Source of the DNA: Gemmatimonadales bacterium
GTDB taxonomy: Bacteria > Gemmatimonadota > Gemmatimonadetes > Gemmatimonadales > GWC2-71-9
Length of the DNA: 64,000 bases
Direction: 5' to 3'
Assembly: GCA_037189525.1 (NCBI GenBank)
Contig: JBBCJC010000002.1
Location: 256,001 to 320,000 of the forward strand
Program-made: the position numbers and the translations under genes
Shown here: positions 58,992 through 64,000 of the stretch, one piece after another
How the letters are laid out: every line of letters starts with the position of its first letter
Position numbering within the stretch: the first letter of the stretch is position 1
Notes under the pieces: model-generated
The model's database searches: none
Told to the model about the DNA's origin: nothing
The model's input: only the letters and a program-made list of their open reading frames with translations

Positions 58992-60134
58992 ATGCCAGCT
59001 CGGCGCACACGGACCTTCACCGAATCCGTCATTCGCGGAATGACCCGGCTCGCGACCCAGCACGGCGCGATCAATCTTGCCCAGGGATTCCCAAACTTCC
59101 CGACTCCCGATGTCCTCAAGGAGGCGGCGGCCAAAGCCATCCGCGACGACATCAACCAGTACGCCATCACCTGGGGCTCCAAGCGGCTTCGCGATGCGCT
59201 GGTCCGGAAGTACGCCGACTGGTACGGCATGACGGTCGACTCCGAGACCGAGATCACCGTTACCTGCGGAGCCACGGAGGCGATGGCCGCCGTGATGCTG
59301 GCGCTGGTCGACCCGGGCGAAGAAGTGATCGTGATGGAGCCGTTCTATGAGAACTACGGCCCCGACGCCATTCTCTGCGAAGCGACGCCCGTCTTCGTTC
59401 CGATGATGCCGGGGCAGCCGCTCGACCTGGATCGCCTGGCCCGGGCGTTCTCATCGAAGACCCGCGCGATCATCGTCAACACACCCGGCAACCCGTCGGG
59501 GCGCGTGTTGACGCGGGCCGAGTTGACGGCCATCGCGGAACTCTGCCAGAAACACGATGTCTGGGCGATCACGGACGAGATCTACGAGCATATTTACTAC
59601 GAAGGGGAGCACATCCCGGTCGCCACGCTGCCCGGCATGCGGGACCGAACGATTACCATCAGCGGCGCATCCAAGACGTACAGTATCACGGGTTGGCGGA
59701 TCGGGACCATCATCTCGCCCGCGAGTGTCACCGACGCCATCAGGAAGGTGCACGACTTTCTCACCGTCGGCGCTCCCGCACCGCTGCAGGAAGCCTTGGC
59801 GGTCGCCATGGAAACGCTGGGTCGCGACTACTACACCGGGCTCGAACGCGACTACCGGGCTCGGCGTGATCTGCTCGTCGGTGCGCTGAATCAAGCCGGA
59901 TTCACGTGCGAGGCACCGCAAGGTGCGTACTACATCCTCGCCGACTTTACGGCCATCAAGAGGCTTCGCTCTGACGAGTTTGCCAAATGGCTCACCATCG
60001 AGGGCGGCGTGGCGACCGTGCCGGGCACCAGCTTCTTCTCGGACCCGGAGATGGGGCGGAACTACACCCGGTTCGCCTTCTGCAAAACGGAGGATCTGCT
60101 GCACGAGGCGGTGGAGCGCCTGCAGCGCTTGTAA
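58992..60134 (+). CDS. Class I/II PLP aminotransferase (YbdL/kynurenine-methionine type)
   Basis: AINLAQGFP, GATEA, NTPGNPSG, DEIYEH, SKTYSITGWRIG, RFAFCK. Confidence 0.92.
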   Translation: MPARRTRTFTESVIRGMTRLATQHGAINLAQGFPNFPTPDVLKEAAAKAIRDDINQYAITWGSKRLRDALVRKYADWYGMTVDSETEITVTCGATEAMAAVMLALVDPGEEVIVMEPFYENYGPDAILCEATPVFVPMMPGQPLDLDRLARAFSSKTRAIIVNTPGNPSGRVLTRAELTAIAELCQKHDVWAITDEIYEHIYYEGEHIPVATLPGMRDRTITISGASKTYSITGWRIGTIISPASVTDAIRKVHDFLTVGAPAPLQEALAVAMETLGRDYYTGLERDYRARRDLLVGALNQAGFTCEAPQGAYYILADFTAIKRLRSDEFAKWLTIEGGVATVPGTSFFSDPEMGRNYTRFAFCKTEDLLHEAVERLQRL

Positions 60135-60285
60135 CACATCGGGTTCAAAACTAGTCCGCCAAAGGACGATCACCCGACAAGCACCTCACGTTAAGAACGA
60201 CTGGGCCGATGCGTGAGCCCAGCCCTCGCAGGGCGACAGAAATCACACGTCGCCCCGCGAGGCTACAACCGATGCCGCGGCCGTT

Positions 60286-60981
60286 TCAATCGATCCGGAA
60301 ACTCATCACCTGCCGCACCAGCTGACGCACCGGGCGGTTGCGCACCAGCGCCGGACGATATCGTGCGTTCATCAACGCCGTCACCACGCTCGCGCTGAAC
60401 CCCTCGGCGGACGATTCCAACACCACGATCGATCCGCGTTCGACCCGCCCCGTGGTGTCCACCACGAACTCGACCGAGACCCGTCCCGAAACCCCGGCAG
60501 CCTTGAGCGCCGCAGGGTACAGCGGATCCGGCGCGACCACGACGTCCACCGGTTGGTCCACCGTATGGGCCTCGAGAATGCCATCGAGCCCGCTCGCGCC
60601 CGCCGTACAGGTCGTACAGGCCACCGGCGCCGGTCCGACGACGAAGCGGCGGGGATCGATCGATTCGCCTGCTTCGATAGGAGGGATCGCGGACTCGAGC
60701 CCGGTCGGTACGGCGATCGTGAGCACATCCGGCGGCAAGGTCGGCACGGCATGACTCTGCTGCACCCCCGACGCTCCGCTATTCGAAGCCGGCGCGGACG
60801 GCGCCGGCGCGACGTGGTACGTCTCCGCATGAACGTAAGGACGGTTGGCGTCGGCCGTAGCAATCCGTTTCGTCGCACCGATGACGACCAGCGCAATCAC
60901 CACGTGAAGCCCGAACGACATCGCGCCCTGCAGTAGCGGACGTTGCCGCTGCCGTTCAGATTCGACCAATCGAGTAAACAC
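60286..60981 (-). CDS. Energy transducer TonB
   Basis: N-terminal TM with S-x3-H; C-terminal YP...GVSGRV.VEFVVDTTGRV. Confidence 0.85.
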   Translation of the reverse strand: MFTRLVESERQRQRPLLQGAMSFGLHVVIALVVIGATKRIATADANRPYVHAETYHVAPAPSAPASNSGASGVQQSHAVPTLPPDVLTIAVPTGLESAIPPIEAGESIDPRRFVVGPAPVACTTCTAGASGLDGILEAHTVDQPVDVVVAPDPLYPAALKAAGVSGRVSVEFVVDTTGRVERGSIVVLESSAEGFSASVVTALMNARYRPALVRNRPVRQLVRQVMSFRID

Positions 60982-61165
60982 AGGCCACCTCGCAGTTGGG
61001 TCCCTTTCAAGGTGCGAAGTGGAGATGGCCAGGGCCTGACCGGCAGATGGCGTTTCGATGACAGCGACGTGTGGGGATGGCGTCGCCCGGATGTGCGTCG
61101 GATTGTGCGGCCAATATCTCGTTCCGTCAACGCTTTAGTACCCCGACACTTCCGGAGCGACCGCA

Positions 61166-62083
61166 ATGCGCAAACAGCTTGGCACCGCGTGGCAGGTCCT
61201 CAAACGATCCCTGACCATCTGGTCGGAACGGAACGCGGTCCAGGCCGCCGGGGCCCTCGCGTTTTACACCCTGTTCTCGATGGCGCCGCTCCTGATCGTC
61301 GCGATTACCATTACCGGCGCATTCTTTGGGGAGGACGCGGCCCAAGGCCGTATCTCGGATCAGATCCAGGCGCTGGTGGGCGAACGGGCTGCGGTAACCG
61401 TGGAACAGGCGGTCGAACGATCGCGGATCGAGCAGGCGGGACTGCTGCCGACCGTGCTAGGCATCGCGGCCATGCTACTCGGTGCCACTACGGTCTTTGC
61501 CCAGATGCAGACCTCGCTGAATGCGATCTGGGACGTGAAAGCCAAGCCGTCGCGGAAGGGCATCGTCGCCTTCCTGTTCACGCGACTGGTTTCGTTCGGG
61601 ATGGTGCTCGCGATCGGCTTCGTGATGCTCACTTCGTTCCTGGTGACCGTCGCGCTGGCGGCCGTGATCAGGTTCGCCGAGCACTGGATTCCGATTCCCG
61701 CGGTACTCCTTTCGGGGATCGACCTCGTCATCTCGGTCGGGGTCGTAACCCTGCTGTTCATGCTGATCTTTCGGATTCTGCCCGATGTCCACCTGACGTG
61801 GCGACAGACCCGTCAGGGCGCCATCATCACCGCGCTGCTGTTCGTGGCCGGACAGTTCGTCATTTCACTCTACCTGACCCGGGCCGGCCCGGCCTCCGCA
61901 TACGGCGCAGCTGGCGCGCTCGTGGTCGTGCTGATGTGGGTCTACTACTCCGCGCAGATCATCCTGCTCGGCGCCGCCATTACGCGCGCCCTGATCGAGC
62001 AGCAGGGCGGCGACATCATTCCCTCGCGGGGCGCGGTCGAAGTCCGCACCGAAGTCATCGAGGCGCCAGGCGGCCCGGCCTGA
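61166..62083 (+). CDS. YihY/virulence factor BrkB family membrane protein
   Basis: AGALAFYTLFSMAP, LNAIW, YGAAGAL...WVYYSAQI.LLGA. Confidence 0.9.
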   Translation: MRKQLGTAWQVLKRSLTIWSERNAVQAAGALAFYTLFSMAPLLIVAITITGAFFGEDAAQGRISDQIQALVGERAAVTVEQAVERSRIEQAGLLPTVLGIAAMLLGATTVFAQMQTSLNAIWDVKAKPSRKGIVAFLFTRLVSFGMVLAIGFVMLTSFLVTVALAAVIRFAEHWIPIPAVLLSGIDLVISVGVVTLLFMLIFRILPDVHLTWRQTRQGAIITALLFVAGQFVISLYLTRAGPASAYGAAGALVVVLMWVYYSAQIILLGAAITRALIEQQGGDIIPSRGAVEVRTEVIEAPGGPA

Positions 62084-62091
62084 CTGGTCCC

Positions 62092-62191
62092 GTTCGCCTC
62101 CGATCCGGAGTTAGGGCGGAACTATACGCGTTCGCGTTCTGTAAGACGGAGGATTCTGCGGCCGCAGCGGTGGAGCGGCTACAGCGGCTGC
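62092..62191 (+). pseudogene. Diverged copy of the 3' end of the aminotransferase gene
   Basis: FASDPELGRNYT(frameshift)FAFCKTEDSAAAAVERLQRL compared with FFSDPEMGRNYTRFAFCKTEDLLHEAVERLQRL at 60033-60131. Confidence 0.8.
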
Positions 62192-62227
62192 AGGACGAAA
62201 CCCTCGATCGTCGCAGACTGATTCCAG

Positions 62228-62605
62228 TCAGGAACGCTTCGGGAAGAAGCGAACGTTCGGTAGGTGCGCAAAATCGGCGTCCATCGTCCACACTGTAGCT
62301 TCATACCGCATGGCCGTGGCATAAATGATACTGTCCGCGAGCGGCAGCTTGTGGAAGACCCCGAGTTGGGCGGCACTAATCGCCAAGGCGGCGTCCATCG
62401 GTACCGTCATACCCTGGTGAAGTACGGCGGCAACCTGCAACATATCGCTCGATCCCCGCTGTTGTAAAACTCGGCGGCACACCTCCGTCAGGACCACCGT
62501 GGGTACGACGAGACGGTCGACATCTTCGATTGCAGCTGCAAACTTCCCGGCATGGGAACTATCCGCAAAGTACTCCAGCCATGCCGACGAGTCGACCAGG
62601 TTCAC
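62228..62605 (-). CDS. vapC: VapC PIN-domain toxin
   Basis: VDSSAWLEY, EV, LPLADSIIYATA, TMDADF. Confidence 0.9.
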   Translation of the reverse strand: MNLVDSSAWLEYFADSSHAGKFAAAIEDVDRLVVPTVVLTEVCRRVLQQRGSSDMLQVAAVLHQGMTVPMDAALAISAAQLGVFHKLPLADSIIYATAMRYEATVWTMDADFAHLPNVRFFPKRS

Positions 62606-62808
62606 ACGCGGTCTTTCTCTCGACGCACGGCGGTATCGATTCCCTTCAGCGCACCCCGCATTTCTCGCATCGATCGAATCGGAATGAACTCGATTCGGTT
62701 CTCGTACTGAAGTACTTGCACCTTTTGCCCTGGCTCGAGGCCAAGTGACTCCCGGATCTCCCGTGGAATGACCACTTGATACTTCGGCGAGACCGTTACA
62801 ATCGACAT
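62602..62808 (-). CDS. vapB: AbrB/MazE-type antitoxin
   Basis: VTVSPKYQVVIPREIRESLGLEPG; GGAGG RBS; 4-nt overlap with vapC. Confidence 0.88.
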   Translation of the reverse strand: MSIVTVSPKYQVVIPREIRESLGLEPGQKVQVLQYENRIEFIPIRSMREMRGALKGIDTAVRREKDRV

Positions 62809-62933
62809 GACGTCCTCCATCGATAGCATGCTCGTAATACGATACGGCGATCGATTGCCCTTGGCAAGCCGTGAGGGCAATGCACGTATCGATCCCTTCA
62901 CGTGCCCTGCCGATCCGACAGCGGCACCGTTCG

Positions 62934-63359
62934 TCAATCGCCCCCTCGCTCGCTACGGACAGGCGCGCCGGGCGACACTGCCACTCGCCACTCGCGCCAC
63001 TCCACCTGCCGTGCCGTGATCACCTCACGCAGCTGTCGCTCCCGCCGGGTCAGTGTTGCGTCGCCGGTTTTGACCTCCACGAAGACGACCCGCTCGAGCT
63101 GGCCGCTCGACAGACCGTCGAACACCACCAGATCAACCGGCGATCCCAGAAACCGGACATCCTTCGGATTGAACTCGAAGCCCGGGAGATAGGGGAGCAG
63201 CTGTTCGGTCACCTTCCCGGTGACCACGGCCTGACTTCGCTGAATCGCGTCGCGCCGGACCTCCCGTTCATGACTGGAGCGTCCCAGCCATAGCAGACCG
63301 AGCCCCAACAGGACCCCGATCGCCAGCCCGACGACCAAACCCAACCCAAGATCTGACAT
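62934..63359 (-). CDS. Holliday-junction-resolvase-like PD-(D/E)xK endonuclease with N-terminal TM
   Basis: GKVTEQLLPYLP, RFLGSPVDLVVFDG, FVEVKTG. Confidence 0.85.
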   Translation of the reverse strand: MSDLGLGLVVGLAIGVLLGLGLLWLGRSSHEREVRRDAIQRSQAVVTGKVTEQLLPYLPGFEFNPKDVRFLGSPVDLVVFDGLSSGQLERVVFVEVKTGDATLTRRERQLREVITARQVEWREWRVAVSPGAPVRSERGGD

Positions 63360-63459
63360 TCAGTTACCTCTCCAAGGTCTGCGGTCCGCGAAGGGCGGCG
63401 AAATTTCCCTGCAAGAAACCCGCACAAATCCCGAAAAACCACCCTGGCAGCCGTTCCTA

Positions 63460-63516
63460 TTGACAGAGCCTGTCGACTTTCTCATTTTAACTACACGATT
63501 TAACTAGATAGTTAAA
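63460..63516 (+). promoter_or_regulatory. Sigma-70-like promoter and TetR operator
   Basis: TTGACA-N17-CATTTT, then palindrome TTTAACTA-GA-TAGTTAAA (63499-63516). Confidence 0.65.
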
Positions 63517-63522
63517 AACACT

Positions 63523-64000
63523 ATGGAAACAGAAAGCGCTACCCGAGAGCAAATCCTGACTGCCGCCCACACGGTTTTCCTCCGGCGCGGCACCTCGGGC
63601 GCCCGGATGCAGGAAATCGCCAAGGAAGCGGGCGTCAATCAGGCGTTGCTCCACTACTACTTCGGCACCAAGCAGGCGCTGGCCGACGCCGTCTTTCGGG
63701 CCGCGGCTTCCAACCTGCTGCCCGGCGTCTTCGAGGTGGTCGGCTCCGCGCTTCCTCTCGATCAGAAGATCCAAACCGTCGTCGACCGGTATATCGGGTT
63801 CCTGCGAACCCGGCCTTATCTCCCGGGCTACCTGGTCAGTGAACTCCACGCCGACCCCGACCGGGCAGCGCTGCTGTTGCCCCGGCCCGGAGTGGCAGCG
63901 CTTGCTGCGTTACAGCAGCAGCTCGATGCCGGCGCCGAGAACGGCACCCTGCAACCGATCCGCGCCGAGCACTTTCTGATCAACATGGTGTCGATGATCA
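63523..64000 (+). CDS. TetR/AcrR family regulator (runs off the window end)
   Basis: Manual translation: METESATREQILTAAHTVFLRRGTSGARMQEIAKEAGVNQALLHYYFGTK. Confidence 0.9.
   Translation, partial: METESATREQILTAAHTVFLRRGTSGARMQEIAKEAGVNQALLHYYFGTKQALADAVFRAAASNLLPGVFEVVGSALPLDQKIQTVVDRYIGFLRTRPYLPGYLVSELHADPDRAALLLPRPGVAALAALQQQLDAGAENGTLQPIRAEHFLINMVSMI

Noticed and set aside
58704..59063. 119-aa minus-strand ORF over the attenuator region
   Set aside because: It overlaps the aminotransferase start and has no motif. The 27-aa Cys-rich uORF in another frame explains the region better.
1..64000. tRNA, rRNA, CRISPR array, integrase or transposase
   Set aside because: None recognised by eye; tRNAscan, CRISPR and IS searches were not run.

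Overview
High-GC bacterial DNA. The gene content (Ser/Thr kinase-TPR, SusC/SusD, TonB-plug proteins, sensor-less sigma-54 activators) suggests Gemmatimonadota, which is an inference. The window has three parts. (1) About 1.8-23.7 kb is an accessory block that starts at a decayed ECF sigma pseudogene. It holds a compact type II secretion cluster (gspE-G-F-H-I-J-K-L-M-C-D) bracketed by two sigma-54 activators that lack input domains. Facing it are a signal-peptide-bearing Rhs toxin with its immunity gene, a decayed orphan toxin/immunity cassette and a subtilase lipoprotein. Candidate sigma-54 promoters lie upstream of all three transcription units. (2) About 23.7-31 kb looks like a defence island: a DEDDh-BRCT exonuclease, an SNF2 helicase with an extra C-terminal domain, a YqhG-like protein with a tail of more than 40 Cys, an atypical GGDEF protein and a remnant of a DUF499 ATPase. 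(3) About 31-64 kb is mostly ordinary: kinase, qorB/qorR-like pair, Fic, hydrolases, M16 peptidase, SusCD, aminotransferase, TonB, VapBC and TetR. It also contains an unannotated Cys-rich leader peptide with terminator/antiterminator geometry (a likely cysteine attenuator), a 129-bp hairpin element and a duplicated gene-end scar. I saw no rRNA, tRNA, CRISPR array, integrase or transposase. All calls come from reading motifs by eye; no database searches were run.
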